From the NCBI GenBank assembly GCA_035650715.1, contig DASRHC010000004.1, positions 85,160 to 149,159 of the forward strand: DNA of 64,000 nucleotides, given 5' to 3'. The DNA is from Candidatus Methylomirabilota bacterium (lineage in GTDB: Bacteria; Methylomirabilota; Methylomirabilia; Rokubacteriales; CSP1-6). The notes under the pieces are model-generated. The model was not told the DNA's origin, searched no databases, and worked only from the letters and a program-made list of their open reading frames with translations. Both the position numbers and the translations under genes were made by a program. Shown piece by piece: positions 20,147 to 30,437 of the stretch (positions within the stretch are counted from its first letter, which is position 1; each line of letters starts with the position of its first letter).

Positions 20147-21172
20147 CTACTTGACGATGTTGGCGGTGAACCACTCGCGCCAGGCGGGCAGGTTCTTGGC
20201 GCGGACCTCGTCGTTCATGATGTAGGCGCCCGCCTTCCACTCGGCCGGGGTCAGGAAGATGCCCGGCTGGCCGTGATAGGCCGCGGGCACCGTGGCTCCG
20301 CCGTTGACCGGGCCCGCCTTGAGCGCCTTGGCCAGCTCGGTCTGGATCTCCCTGGAGAGCGCCAGGTTGATGAACTGGTGCGCGGCGTCCGCCTTCGCGC
20401 TGCCCGCCATGACCGACATGCAGTCGATGCCCACGATGCCGGGGAAGTCCTTGGTCGCCACCAGCTTCACCTGGATCCCCTGCTCCTGCAGGTGATAGGC
20501 GTTGACCGAGAGCATCACCTGCACCGGCGCCTGCCCGGTCTTCATCAGGTCCTGGCTCTGGGCGTCGGTGGAGTAGAACGCGGCGATGCTCGGCTTGAGC
20601 GCCTTGAGCTTGTCCTGCCCCTTCTGCCACGTCGCCTCGTTGCCTCCCTCCATCAGGGCCGCGATCGTGATGATGTGGGAGGGGTCGAAGTCGGGCATCG
20701 CGATCTTGCCCTTGAGCGAGGGCTTCCACAGATCGGACCAGCGGGTGATCTCCTCCTTCACGAGATCCGGCCGGTAGACGATCGTGTACACGTAGCTCCA
20801 GCCGCCGATCTGGTAGTCGCTGCGCAGCGCCTCCCTGGCGACCTCCTTGGCGTTGGGCAGCTTGGCCATGTCGAGCTTGGCGAAGAGGCCGTCCGACATG
20901 TAGAGGCGGCCGACGTGGCTGGTGGTGAACGTGAGGTCGACCAGCGGGCTGCCCTTGGCCACCCGGGCCTTGGCGAGCCGGTCGATGGTGCCGCCCACCT
21001 CGAACTCCACCGGCATGCCGGTCTTGGCGGTGAACGCCTTGCCGATCACCTTCTCCACCGTGTCCTTCCAGTTGCCGCCCCACACGCTGACCACCAGCGA
21101 GTTCTGGGCGTGGGCGGGCGTGACCCCGAGCCCGAGCGCGAGCAGTGATGCCACGACGAGGCGAGCGAGCAT
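20147..21172 (-). CDS. ABC transporter periplasmic substrate-binding protein (PotD/PotF family)
   Basis: 341 aa with a signal peptide and an SBP fold. Confidence 0.85.
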   Translation of the reverse strand: MLARLVVASLLALGLGVTPAHAQNSLVVSVWGGNWKDTVEKVIGKAFTAKTGMPVEFEVGGTIDRLAKARVAKGSPLVDLTFTTSHVGRLYMSDGLFAKLDMAKLPNAKEVAREALRSDYQIGGWSYVYTIVYRPDLVKEEITRWSDLWKPSLKGKIAMPDFDPSHIITIAALMEGGNEATWQKGQDKLKALKPSIAAFYSTDAQSQDLMKTGQAPVQVMLSVNAYHLQEQGIQVKLVATKDFPGIVGIDCMSVMAGSAKADAAHQFINLALSREIQTELAKALKAGPVNGGATVPAAYHGQPGIFLTPAEWKAGAYIMNDEVRAKNLPAWREWFTANIVK

Positions 21173-21182
21173 GGCGTGTCTC

Positions 21183-21674
21183 CTATGGCCTGCGGGGTGG
21201 GGGCGGCGCGAGGGCCCTGGCGGCCGCCTCGATGGCCTCGACGATGAAGTGGTAGCCGGTGCAGCGGCACAGGTGCCCGGCCAGCATCTCGCGGATCTCC
21301 TCGCGCGAGGGCTGCGGCCGCTCGCGGAGGAACGCGCAGGTGCTCATGACGATGCCCGGCGTGCAGTAGCCGCACTGCAGCCCGTGCCTGGCCCAGAACG
21401 CTTCCTGGATCGGGTGCAGCCCGCCGTCGGCGGGCGCCACCCCCTCGATGGTGGTGATCCGGTGCCCGTCGGCCTGCACCGCGAGCATCAGGCAGGCGCG
21501 GACCGGCTCGTCGTCCAGCAGGACGGTGCACGCGCCGCACACCCCGTGCTCGCAGCCCACGTGGGTGCCGGTCAGGTCCAGGTCCTCGCGCAGGAAGTCG
21601 GCCAGCGTCTGGCGCGGCTCCACCGCGCGCGCGTGCTCCTGCCCGTTGACGGTGACGCGGATCGAGTGGGTCAT
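21183..21674 (-). CDS. Molybdenum hydroxylase small subunit, 2Fe-2S binding (CoxS/CutS-like)
   Basis: Starts MTHSIRVTVNGQ inside ORF 21183..22292. Cysteine motifs CEHGVCGACTV and CGYCTPG. Confidence 0.85.
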   Translation of the reverse strand: MTHSIRVTVNGQEHARAVEPRQTLADFLREDLDLTGTHVGCEHGVCGACTVLLDDEPVRACLMLAVQADGHRITTIEGVAPADGGLHPIQEAFWARHGLQCGYCTPGIVMSTCAFLRERPQPSREEIREMLAGHLCRCTGYHFIVEAIEAAARALAPPPPRRP

Positions 21675-22540
21675 CGGGGGCCTCCGCAGCGGCCGAGCGC
21701 CGCGGTCAGCGTGCGCTCGGCCAGCGTGGCCGCCACCCGGCGGCGATAGGCCGCGGTCGCGTGGATGTCGCCGTCCGGCGAGAGCCCGGCGGCGGCCGCC
21801 CGCGCCGCCTCCCGGATCCGCTCCGGGGTCGGGGCTTGGCCGGTCAGCGCCTGCTCCGCGGCGGTGGCGCGCACCGGCGTGCCGCCCGCCCCGAAGAAGG
21901 CGAGCCGCGCCGGGCCGAGCGTGCCGTTTCCATCGCGCGCGAGCACCGCCACCGCGCCCACCAGGGCGAAGTCGCCGTGGCGGCGCGAGACCTCCGCGAA
22001 GCCCCAGCCGGCCCCGGCGGGCGGCAGCGTGAAGCGCACCGCGGTCGCCAGCTCGTCGGGCCCCAGCGCGGTGGTGAGCGGGGCGCGGTAGAACCGGTCG
22101 GCCGGGATCATGCGCTCGCCGCGCGGCCCGCGCGCGACCACCACGCCCTCCAGGCACAGGAGCACCGCGGGCAGCTCGGAGGCCGGATCGGCGTGGACCA
22201 CGTTGCCCACCACCGTGCCCCGGTTCCGGATGGGCGGATGCGCCACGTGCCGGAGCACCTCCGCGAAGAGCGGCGAGCGGGAAACGGCCCACCGCTCGAG
22301 CGCACGCTGCCGCACCAGCGCGCCGATCTCGAGCATGCCGGAGGCTTCGCGGATGCCGTCCAGGCCCGGCAGCCGGTTGATGTCCACCAGCAGCGTGGGT
22401 CGCGCCAGGCGCAGCGCCAGCATCGGGATCAGGCTCTGGCCGCCGGCCAGGACCTTGGCGTCCCCCCCGCCGCCCGCGAGGGCGCCCACCGCCTCGTCGA
22501 GACTCCGCGGGGCCGCGTACTCGAACGGGGCGGGCTTCAC
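21671..22540 (-). CDS. Molybdenum hydroxylase FAD-binding medium subunit (CoxM/CutM-like)
   Basis: 289 aa: AGGQSLIPML, and a CO-dehydrogenase flavoprotein-like fold. Confidence 0.85.
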   Translation of the reverse strand: MKPAPFEYAAPRSLDEAVGALAGGGGDAKVLAGGQSLIPMLALRLARPTLLVDINRLPGLDGIREASGMLEIGALVRQRALERWAVSRSPLFAEVLRHVAHPPIRNRGTVVGNVVHADPASELPAVLLCLEGVVVARGPRGERMIPADRFYRAPLTTALGPDELATAVRFTLPPAGAGWGFAEVSRRHGDFALVGAVAVLARDGNGTLGPARLAFFGAGGTPVRATAAEQALTGQAPTPERIREAARAAAAGLSPDGDIHATAAYRRRVAATLAERTLTAALGRCGGPR

Positions 22541-24873
22541 GACTCCCCCAGGAGGCCCAGCACCACCGACGGGCCGAGCGGCGTCCGCGTGACCTTGGCG
22601 CCGAACGAGGCGAGGGCGTCCTCCACCGCGTTGGCGATGGCGGCGGGCGGCGAGATGGCCCCGCCCTCCCCGATGCCCTTCATGCCGAGCGGATTGCGCG
22701 GCGACGGATATTCGAGGTGCACGGTCTCGATGTCGGGCAGCTCCATCGCGGTGGGGACCAGGTAGTCCATGAACGTGCCGGTCAGCAGCTGGGCCTGCTC
22801 GTCGTACACCATCTCCTCGAGCAGGCCGCCGCCGACGCCCTGCGCGACCCCGCCGTGGATCTGCCCCTCCACGATCACCGGGTTGATGATCTTGCCGCAG
22901 TCGTGCGCGACCAGGTAGCGCCGCAGCGTGACCGCCCCGGTGCCGGTGTCGACGTCCACCACCGCCACGTGGACCGCGCTGGTGTAGGTCACGGTGGGCT
23001 GGTGGTGGTACACCGTCGCCTCGAAGTCGAGCTCGGTCACTCCGGGCCTGGCGAAGGTCGGCGTCGCGGCGCGGATGACCGCGGCGAGCGGCGTGGCCGA
23101 CCCGGGCGCGCCGCGCACCGACACGGCGCCGTCGCTCACCTCGATGTCGGCGGGCGACGCCTCCAGGAGCGCGGCGGCCGCGGCCACGATCTTGTCCCTC
23201 ACGCGGCCGGAGGCCTCGTGGATCGAGCTGCCCGCGTTGACCGCGCTGCGCGAGGCGAACGTCCCGACCCCGAACGGGATCGCCGCGGTGTCACCGCCCA
23301 CCACCGTGACCCACTCGAGCGGGATCCCGAGGGCGTCGGCCGCGATCTGGGCAAACGAGGTCTCGTGCCCCTGCCCCTGGCAGCAGGCGCCGGTGGCCAC
23401 CACCGCGTGCCCCGAGGGATCCAGGCGCACGGTCGCGCCCTCGTAGGGGCCGATCGCCGTGCCCTCCACGTACCCCGAGATGCCGATCCCGCGATGGATG
23501 CCCTGCTCGCGCAGGCGCGCCTGCTCCGCGCGCAGGGCCGGATAGTCCACCGCGGCGAGCGCGGCCTCCAGCCCGGCGCGGAAGTCGCCGCTGTCGTAGA
23601 CGAGCGGGTTGCCGTCGCGGTACGGGATGTGGAGCTCGTACGGCATGTCGGCCTCGGTGAGGTAGTTGCGCCGGCGCAGGTCGGCGGGGTCCATGCCGAG
23701 CGCGCGCGCGAGACGGTCGACGATGCGGTCCATCGCGAACACGGTCTCCGGCCGGCCCGCCCCGCGGTAGGGCGCGTTCGGGGTCTTGGTGGTGACCACG
23801 CCGAGGCACTCCACGTCGAGGCTCGGCACCCGGTGCGGGCCCAGCAGGTGCGCCACCGTGTTGTACGGCAGCACGATGCCCCACGAGTTGTAGGCCCCGA
23901 GGTCCACCCAGATGCGGTCCCGTACCGCGAGCATGGTGCCGTCGCGCCGGGCCCCGATCTCGATGTCGTGCACCTGCGCGCGGGCGTGGGCGGATCCCAT
24001 CATGTGCTCGCGGCGGTCCTCGATCCACTTCACCGGGCGGCGCGAGGCGATGGCCGCGGCCGGGATCAGTAGATCTTCCGGGTACCCGTTGGCCTTGGTG
24101 CCGAACCCGCCGCCCACGTCCGGGGCGATCACCCGGATCTTGTGGGGCGGCAGGCCGAGCGCGGCGACCAGCCCCTGCTGGACGAAGTGCACCACCTGGG
24201 TGCCGTTCCAGGAGGTGAGCGTGCCGTCGCGCGGGTCCCACTGCGCGATCACCCCGCGCGTCTCGATCGGCATGCCGACGTAGCGCGGGATCGTGAACCG
24301 CTCACGCACCCGGACATGGGCCTCCCGCAATCCGGCCTCCGCGTCGCCGAACCCGGTCCGGAACGAGAGCGCGATGTTGTCGCCCCACTCCGGGTAGAGC
24401 ACCGGGGCGTCCGGCTGCGCCGCCGCGATCACGTCCGCCAGCACCGGCAGCGGCTCGTAGTCCACCTGCACCCGCTCCGCGGCGTCCTCGGCCAGCGCGC
24501 GGCTGCCGGCCAGCACCATGGCCACGATCTCGCCGACGTGCCGCACCTCGTCGCGGCACATCGCCAGCTGGCCGACCTGCCTCATCGTCACCGCCACCCG
24601 GGCGGAGAGGCCGGGCGGGATCGCCCCGAAGAGCGGCAGCGGCTTCATCCATCGCTCGAGGTCCGCGAAGGTGTAGACGTGGGCCACCCCGGGCAGGGCG
24701 CGAGCCGGCTCGGTGCGGATCGCGGTGATGCGCGCGTGCGCGTACGGGCTGCGCACGAAGGCGGCGTGCAGCATGCCGGGCAGCTTGATGTCGTCCACGA
24801 AGCGGCCCTCGCCACGGAGGTAGCGCGGGTCCTCGCGGCGCCGGACGGAGGCTCCGAAGTACTTGGCGCCCAT
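22537..24873 (-). CDS. Molybdopterin-dependent oxidoreductase large subunit (xanthine dehydrogenase / CoxL family)
   Basis: Starts MGAKYFGASVRRREDPRYLRG with GGGAG 9 nt upstream. Has GGGFG, and an aldehyde-oxidase/XDH-like C-terminus. Confidence 0.85.
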   Translation of the reverse strand: MGAKYFGASVRRREDPRYLRGEGRFVDDIKLPGMLHAAFVRSPYAHARITAIRTEPARALPGVAHVYTFADLERWMKPLPLFGAIPPGLSARVAVTMRQVGQLAMCRDEVRHVGEIVAMVLAGSRALAEDAAERVQVDYEPLPVLADVIAAAQPDAPVLYPEWGDNIALSFRTGFGDAEAGLREAHVRVRERFTIPRYVGMPIETRGVIAQWDPRDGTLTSWNGTQVVHFVQQGLVAALGLPPHKIRVIAPDVGGGFGTKANGYPEDLLIPAAAIASRRPVKWIEDRREHMMGSAHARAQVHDIEIGARRDGTMLAVRDRIWVDLGAYNSWGIVLPYNTVAHLLGPHRVPSLDVECLGVVTTKTPNAPYRGAGRPETVFAMDRIVDRLARALGMDPADLRRRNYLTEADMPYELHIPYRDGNPLVYDSGDFRAGLEAALAAVDYPALRAEQARLREQGIHRGIGISGYVEGTAIGPYEGATVRLDPSGHAVVATGACCQGQGHETSFAQIAADALGIPLEWVTVVGGDTAAIPFGVGTFASRSAVNAGSSIHEASGRVRDKIVAAAAALLEASPADIEVSDGAVSVRGAPGSATPLAAVIRAATPTFARPGVTELDFEATVYHHQPTVTYTSAVHVAVVDVDTGTGAVTLRRYLVAHDCGKIINPVIVEGQIHGGVAQGVGGGLLEEMVYDEQAQLLTGTFMDYLVPTAMELPDIETVHLEYPSPRNPLGMKGIGEGGAISPPAAIANAVEDALASFGAKVTRTPLGPSVVLGLLGES

Positions 24874-24926
24874 GTCAGTGGTCTCCCCGGTGGTGGTGCG
24901 GCGGTCCACCGTTTAGATCTTCAAGG

Positions 24927-25062
24927 CTCTTCAGCTGCGGGGGCCCAGAAATGGCCCCCGCACTCCCCCAGCCGGCGGACGACCGTCTACTTCTGAAACT
25001 CTTCAGCTGCGGGGGCCCAGAAATGGCCCGCGCACTCCCCCAGCCGGCGGACGACCGTCTGT
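24927..25062. repeat. Two tandem ~65-bp units, each with a perfect 9-bp-stem hairpin GCGGGGGCC-CAGAAAT-GGCCCCCGC
   Basis: Seen directly. Unit: CTCTTCAGCTGCGGGGGCCCAGAAATGGCCCCCGCACTCCCCCAGCCGGCGGACGACCGTCT. Lies in the 207-nt gap between the livF stop and the coxL start. A third inverted copy is at ~34963-35030. Confidence 0.85.
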
Positions 25063-25080
25063 GGCTCAGGTTCATGGTGG

Positions 25081-25771
<691 letters not shown>

Positions 25772-25785
<14 letters not shown>

Positions 25786-26542
25786 GCGCGCCCGATCCCA
25801 GGTAGGCCCGCACCACCTCGGGGTCCCGCTGCACCGTGGCGGGGTCGCCGTCGGCGATCAGGCGGCCGTAGTTGAGCACCAGCACCCGGTCGGAGATACC
25901 CATGACCAGGCGCATATCGTGCTCGACCAGGAACACGGTGACGCCGCCGTCCCGGATGCGCGCGATCAGCCCGGCCACCGTGGCCTTCTCCGAGGCGGTC
26001 ATCCCGGAGGCCGGCTCGTCGAGCAGCAGGAGCCGCGGCCGCGCCGCGAGCGCGACCGCCAGCTCCAGCAGGCGCTGCTCGCCGTAGGAGAGCCCGCCGG
26101 CGAGCTCGTCGCGGCGGCCGCCCAGCCCCACGAACTCGATCACCCGATCGGCCTCCTCCGCGAGGCGCCGCTCCTCCGCGCGCACCCGTGCGCGGGCCAG
26201 CAGCGCCGCGGCCACCCCGACGCGGCCCTGCAGGTGGAGGCCGGTGAGCACGTTCTCGCGCACGGTGAGCCCGGCAAACACGCTGGTCTTCTGGAACGTG
26301 CGCACCAGGCCGCGCGCCGCGATCCGATGCGGCCGCCAGCCGGTGATCACCTGGCCGTCGTGCCGGACGGTGCCCTGCGTCGGTCGCTGAAAGCCGGTGA
26401 TCACGTTGAACGCGGTGGTCTTCCCCGCGCCGTTGGGGCCGATCAGGCTCGTCACAGTGCCGGGCGCCACCTGGAAGCTCACGCCCGCCAGCGCCGCCAC
26501 GCCACCGAACCGCACGGTGAGGTCCCGGGCCTCGAGGATCAC
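25772..26542 (-). CDS. livG: Branched-chain amino acid ABC transporter ATP-binding protein (LivG type)
   Basis: GTG start overlaps the livM stop (GTGA). Has GPNGAGKTT and LSYGEQRLLELA. Confidence 0.9.
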
Positions 26543-27504
26543 GCGGGGGAAGCGCGCCGGTGGGGCTCGGGCCGGAGCCGGCGCAGGGCCGGCACGATCC
26601 CCTCCGGCAGGAAGAAGAGCACCGCGACCAGCAGGATGCCGTAGAGCAGCATCTGCCACTGCCACGAGGTGGCGGCCCGCAGCGCCTCGGGCAGCACCGT
26701 GAACAGCACCGCGCCCACCACCGGACCCGCGAGGGTGCCCTTGCCGCCGGCCACCACCATGATCACCATCGTGACCGTGTAGGTGAAGAGGAACACTTCC
26801 GGGCTGACGAAGCGCGTGTAGTGGGCGTAGAGGCCGCCCCCGAAGCCGGCCATGGCGGCGCTGATCACCGCGGCCAGCACCAGGTAGTGGGTGCCGTCGA
26901 TGCCCACCGAGGCGGCCAGCGTCTCGTTCTCCCGCAGCGCGACCAGGGCCCGCCCCACCCGCGAGCGGATCAGCGCGAGGCACAGGAGGTACGCGAGCAT
27001 CACCGCAAGGAGCACCACGTAGTAGAACGCGGTCTTGCTGCGCAGCGGCAGCGCGGGCAGCCCGGGCAGCGCGATCTCGAGCGCGGGGACGCCGGGCAGC
27101 CCCAGCGGCCCGTTGGTCAGATCCATCCAGTTCACGCTCACCAGCGACACGCAGCCCGCGAACGAGATCGTGAGCAGCACGAAGTACGCCCCGCGCAGCT
27201 TGAGCGCGAGCCGCCCGATGACCCAGCCCGCCACCCCGGGCAGCACGATGGCGGCCAGGAGCCCGATCCACGGCGAGCAGCCGCCCTTCACGGAGAGCAG
27301 CGCGGTGGCGTAGGCGCCGATGCCGAAGAACGCGGCGTGGCCGAGCGAGAGCTGGCCGGTGTAGCCGAGCAGGAGGTTCAGGCTGAGGGCCAGCACCGCG
27401 AAGATGCCGGCCATGATCAGCGTGTGCAAGTGGTACGGGTTCCACACCCAGAGCGGCGCGGTGACCGCCACCGCGAGGCCGATCACGAACGCGAGCCGCC
27501 TCAT
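26539..27504 (-). CDS. livM: Branched-chain amino acid ABC transporter permease (LivM type)
   Basis: Starts MRRLAFVIGLAVAV inside ORF 26539..28068. Strongly hydrophobic. Confidence 0.85.
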   Translation of the reverse strand: MRRLAFVIGLAVAVTAPLWVWNPYHLHTLIMAGIFAVLALSLNLLLGYTGQLSLGHAAFFGIGAYATALLSVKGGCSPWIGLLAAIVLPGVAGWVIGRLALKLRGAYFVLLTISFAGCVSLVSVNWMDLTNGPLGLPGVPALEIALPGLPALPLRSKTAFYYVVLLAVMLAYLLCLALIRSRVGRALVALRENETLAASVGIDGTHYLVLAAVISAAMAGFGGGLYAHYTRFVSPEVFLFTYTVTMVIMVVAGGKGTLAGPVVGAVLFTVLPEALRAATSWQWQMLLYGILLVAVLFFLPEGIVPALRRLRPEPHRRASPA

Positions 27505-28373
27505 CCCACCCGCTCCGCGCGCGCGAAAATGCCGGAGGGCCGCAGCAGCAGGACGGCCACGATCATGAGGAAACCGACCGCGTCGCGGTAGCCGGAGGAG
27601 ACGTAGCCCGCGCCCAGCTCCTCGGCCACGCCCAGCACCAGGCCGCCCAGCGCGGCGCCCGCGAAGTTGCCGAGGCCGCCCAGGATCACCACCGAGAAGG
27701 CCTTCAGCGAGGCGAGATCGCCCATCGACGGATAGAGCAGGAACACCGGACCGAGCAGCGCGCCCGCGGCGGCGGCGAGCCCGGCCCCGAACGCGAACGT
27801 GATGGTGTGGATGCGCTCGATGCTCACGCCCATCAGGGCCGCGGTCTCCCGGTCCTGGAAGGTGGCGCGCATGGCGCGCCCGAGCTTGGTGCGCGCCAGC
27901 AGCAGGTGGGCGCCCAGGATCAGGCCCGCGGACACCACGAAGACGAACACCCGTAGCGGCGCCACCGACACCGGGCCAAGCACGAGCGGCTGGGTGGGGA
28001 ACGGGGTGGGCACGCTCCTGGCCACCCCGCCCCAGCCGAGCAGCTCCGCGTTCTGCATGGCGATCCACACCCCGATCATCACCAGCATCACGGTGTCGAT
28101 GGACTGCCCGCGGAGCGGTCGCAGGAGCAGGCGCTCGCAGATCGCGCCCGCGCCGGCGCCGGCCACGATCGCGAGCGGGATCGCCAGGAAGAAGTGGACC
28201 GACGCGAGCGCGAGGGCGGCGAACGCGGCGTAGGCCCCGAGCGTGTAGAACTCGCCGTGGGCGAAGTTCACCACGTTCATGAGGCCGAAGACCAGCGTCA
28301 GGCCGATGCCGAGCAGGCTGTACGTGGCCCCCAGCAGCAGCCCGTTCAGCAGGTGCTGGAGTAGCTGGTCCAA
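27501..28373 (-). CDS. livH: Branched-chain amino acid ABC transporter permease (LivH type)
   Basis: 290 aa, MDQLLQHLLNGLLLGATYSLLGIGLTLVFG. Confidence 0.85.
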   Translation of the reverse strand: MDQLLQHLLNGLLLGATYSLLGIGLTLVFGLMNVVNFAHGEFYTLGAYAAFAALALASVHFFLAIPLAIVAGAGAGAICERLLLRPLRGQSIDTVMLVMIGVWIAMQNAELLGWGGVARSVPTPFPTQPLVLGPVSVAPLRVFVFVVSAGLILGAHLLLARTKLGRAMRATFQDRETAALMGVSIERIHTITFAFGAGLAAAAGALLGPVFLLYPSMGDLASLKAFSVVILGGLGNFAGAALGGLVLGVAEELGAGYVSSGYRDAVGFLMIVAVLLLRPSGIFARAERVG

Positions 28374-28395
28374 GCGCTCGCGATCGTGGCCCGCG

Positions 28396-29568
28396 CTACT
28401 TCTTCACGAACGCGGGAAGCGCGATCTTGCCGTCCTTGACCTGGACGATGAAGATGCTCGGCTTGGACTGGCCGCTCTCCTTGCCGGCCGGGCCGTCCTT
28501 CTCGAACTTGATCGGCCCGTTGAGCCCCATCAGGTTCACCTTCCAGAGCGCCTGCTGCACCGCCTTGGGGTCGGCCTTGCCGGCCACCCGAATGCCCTCG
28601 ACCGCGGTGAGGATGCCGTCGTGACCGCGGAAGCCCTCGGTCAGGCCCTCGAAGGGATGACCGCGCTTGGCCCACTCGTCCACGAACGCCTTCGCGAGCT
28701 TGCCGTCCGGCATCGCCTCGGGGAACCAGGGCAGGAAGAACAGGATGTGGTAGGTGCCCTCCGCGGCCGCGCCGGCCTGCTTGATCAGCTGGCTGGGCGA
28801 CGAGCTGCCGCCGGTGGTGATCACCTTGCGGGTGAGCCGCTGCTCCTGCGCCTGCTTCAGCACCAGGGTGATCTGCTCCACGCTGGTGGTGAGGAACAGG
28901 GTGTCGGCCGAGCCCGCCTTCACCTTGGTGATCTGCGCGTTCATGTCGGTGGCGGCCTGGTCCATGAACTCCACCGCGCCCACCGACGCGCCCGACTTCT
29001 TGAGAAGGTTGCCGAACGCGGTGACCGAGCCGCGGCCCCAGTCGGTGTTGACGGCGAGGAAGTCGGCCTGCTTGATGCCGAAGTCCTTCAGGTACTTCTC
29101 GAGGCCGAGGGCCTCCATCTCGCTCGGGGGGCTGATGCGGAAGATCCAGGGGTTGCCGCTCTTGGTGATGCTGGCCGCGCTCGAGGTCTCCACCACCATC
29201 GGCACGCCGTACTCCTCGAGCTTCGGCATGGCGGCGAGCGTCATCGAGCTGCCCCAGGCCCCCATGATCACCGGCACCTTGTCCCGCACGATCAGCTTCT
29301 CGGCGGCGGTGGCGGCCTCCTTCGGGTCCGACTTGTTGTCCTCGATGAGGAGCTCGATCTTGCGTCCGAGCACGCCGCCCTTGGCGTTGATCCAGTCGCG
29401 CGCGATCTCGGCGCCCATGCGCACGTAGTTGCCGGAGGCCGCCACCGGGCCCGACAGGGGCTCGATCACGCCGATCTTCACCGTCTCCTGCGCCCACGCG
29501 GTGGGAGCGCCGAGGGCGAACAGCACGGCCAGCGCCACGGACAGGGCTCGGATTGCTCGCGTCATCAC
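28396..29568 (-). CDS. Periplasmic substrate-binding protein of the Liv-type ABC transporter (LivK/LivJ family, ligand unknown)
   Basis: 390 aa with signal peptide MMTRAIRALSVALAVLFALGAPTAWA and a type I PBP fold. Confidence 0.85.
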   Translation of the reverse strand: MMTRAIRALSVALAVLFALGAPTAWAQETVKIGVIEPLSGPVAASGNYVRMGAEIARDWINAKGGVLGRKIELLIEDNKSDPKEAATAAEKLIVRDKVPVIMGAWGSSMTLAAMPKLEEYGVPMVVETSSAASITKSGNPWIFRISPPSEMEALGLEKYLKDFGIKQADFLAVNTDWGRGSVTAFGNLLKKSGASVGAVEFMDQAATDMNAQITKVKAGSADTLFLTTSVEQITLVLKQAQEQRLTRKVITTGGSSSPSQLIKQAGAAAEGTYHILFFLPWFPEAMPDGKLAKAFVDEWAKRGHPFEGLTEGFRGHDGILTAVEGIRVAGKADPKAVQQALWKVNLMGLNGPIKFEKDGPAGKESGQSKPSIFIVQVKDGKIALPAFVKK

Positions 29569-29686
29569 CGATCTCCTCTGGCCCGGTCACCCGCTCGGGG
29601 GCCGGGGCCCTTCTCCTGGTTTGGACTGCGCCGCCACGCTGCGGTGGTTTCTGGAATCGCGCACTTATCCTACATTTCATGGAACG

Positions 29687-29741
29687 TGTCAAATGAAAAC
29701 CCGATTGACAACGTCGATTCGCGCGCCAAGAATACGGCGCC
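29687..29741 (+). promoter_or_regulatory. Sigma-70-like promoter with an overlapping inverted repeat (candidate GntR autoregulatory operator)
   Basis: TTGACA, a 17-nt spacer, then AAGAAT, 8 nt before the gntR ATG (near-leaderless). The inverted repeat TGTCAA-N12-TTGACA overlaps the -35. Confidence 0.4.
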
Positions 29742-30437
29742 ATGTCCCCGTCTCGCTCCACCGCCCCGCGGGCGGCGATCGCTCCGCTTCTCCACGAGAG
29801 CCTGGGCGAGCGCGTCTACCGCACCGTGCGCGACCTCATCCTGAGCCAGGTCTTCCCGCCCGGCTCGAAGCTGAACGTGGAGCAGCTCTGCCGCGACCTC
29901 GGGGTGAGCCGGACCCCGGTGTGGGACACCATGCGCCGCCTGGAGAGCGAGGGACTGGTCAACACGGTCGCCCGGCACGGGGTGTTCGTGCTGAACTACG
30001 GCGACGCGCAAATCCGCGACCTCTTCGCGGTGCGCGGGGCCCTCGAGGCCCTCGCGGTGCGGCAGGCCGCCGCCAACCCCGACGCGCGCGCGCTCCTCGA
30101 GCCGGCGATGAAGGAGATGGAGGAGGCGGTGGCGGCGGGCGCGATCGAGCAGTACTCGCGCGCGGCCATCGACTTCCACGACCGCATGCTGATGGCGGCG
30201 CGGAACCAGGTGCTCGGCCGGCTGCTGGAGAACGTCTACGCGCAGATCCTGGTGCTGCGCCTGCGCTCGCTCTACCTGCCCGAGCGTCTCGCGTCGAGCG
30301 TGGCCGAGCACCGCGCACTGTTCGAGGCGGTGGGGGCCGGCGACGGCGAGGGCGGCGAGCGGCTGGCCCGCTCCCACGCCGATCACGTGCTGCAGGACGC
30401 GCTCGAGTTCACGCGCCGGGCCGAGCAGGAGCGGTGA
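29742..30437 (+). CDS. GntR-family transcriptional regulator (FadR/FCD subfamily)
   Basis: 231 aa with an N-terminal wHTH (RVYRTVRDLILSQVFPPGSKLNVEQLCRDLGVSRTPVWDTMRRLESEGLV) and an FCD C-terminal domain. Confidence 0.85.
   Translation: MSPSRSTAPRAAIAPLLHESLGERVYRTVRDLILSQVFPPGSKLNVEQLCRDLGVSRTPVWDTMRRLESEGLVNTVARHGVFVLNYGDAQIRDLFAVRGALEALAVRQAAANPDARALLEPAMKEMEEAVAAGAIEQYSRAAIDFHDRMLMAARNQVLGRLLENVYAQILVLRLRSLYLPERLASSVAEHRALFEAVGAGDGEGGERLARSHADHVLQDALEFTRRAEQER

Noticed and set aside
22717-24072. 451-aa plus-strand ORF opposite coxL
   Set aside because: Antisense artefact. coxL has strong XDH-family motifs on the minus strand.
24875-25075. 66-aa minus-strand ORF with internal duplication (SSAGWGSA...ISGPPQLKS twice)
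   Set aside because: It is simply the translation of the tandem 65-bp hairpin repeats. No start context or homology supports it.
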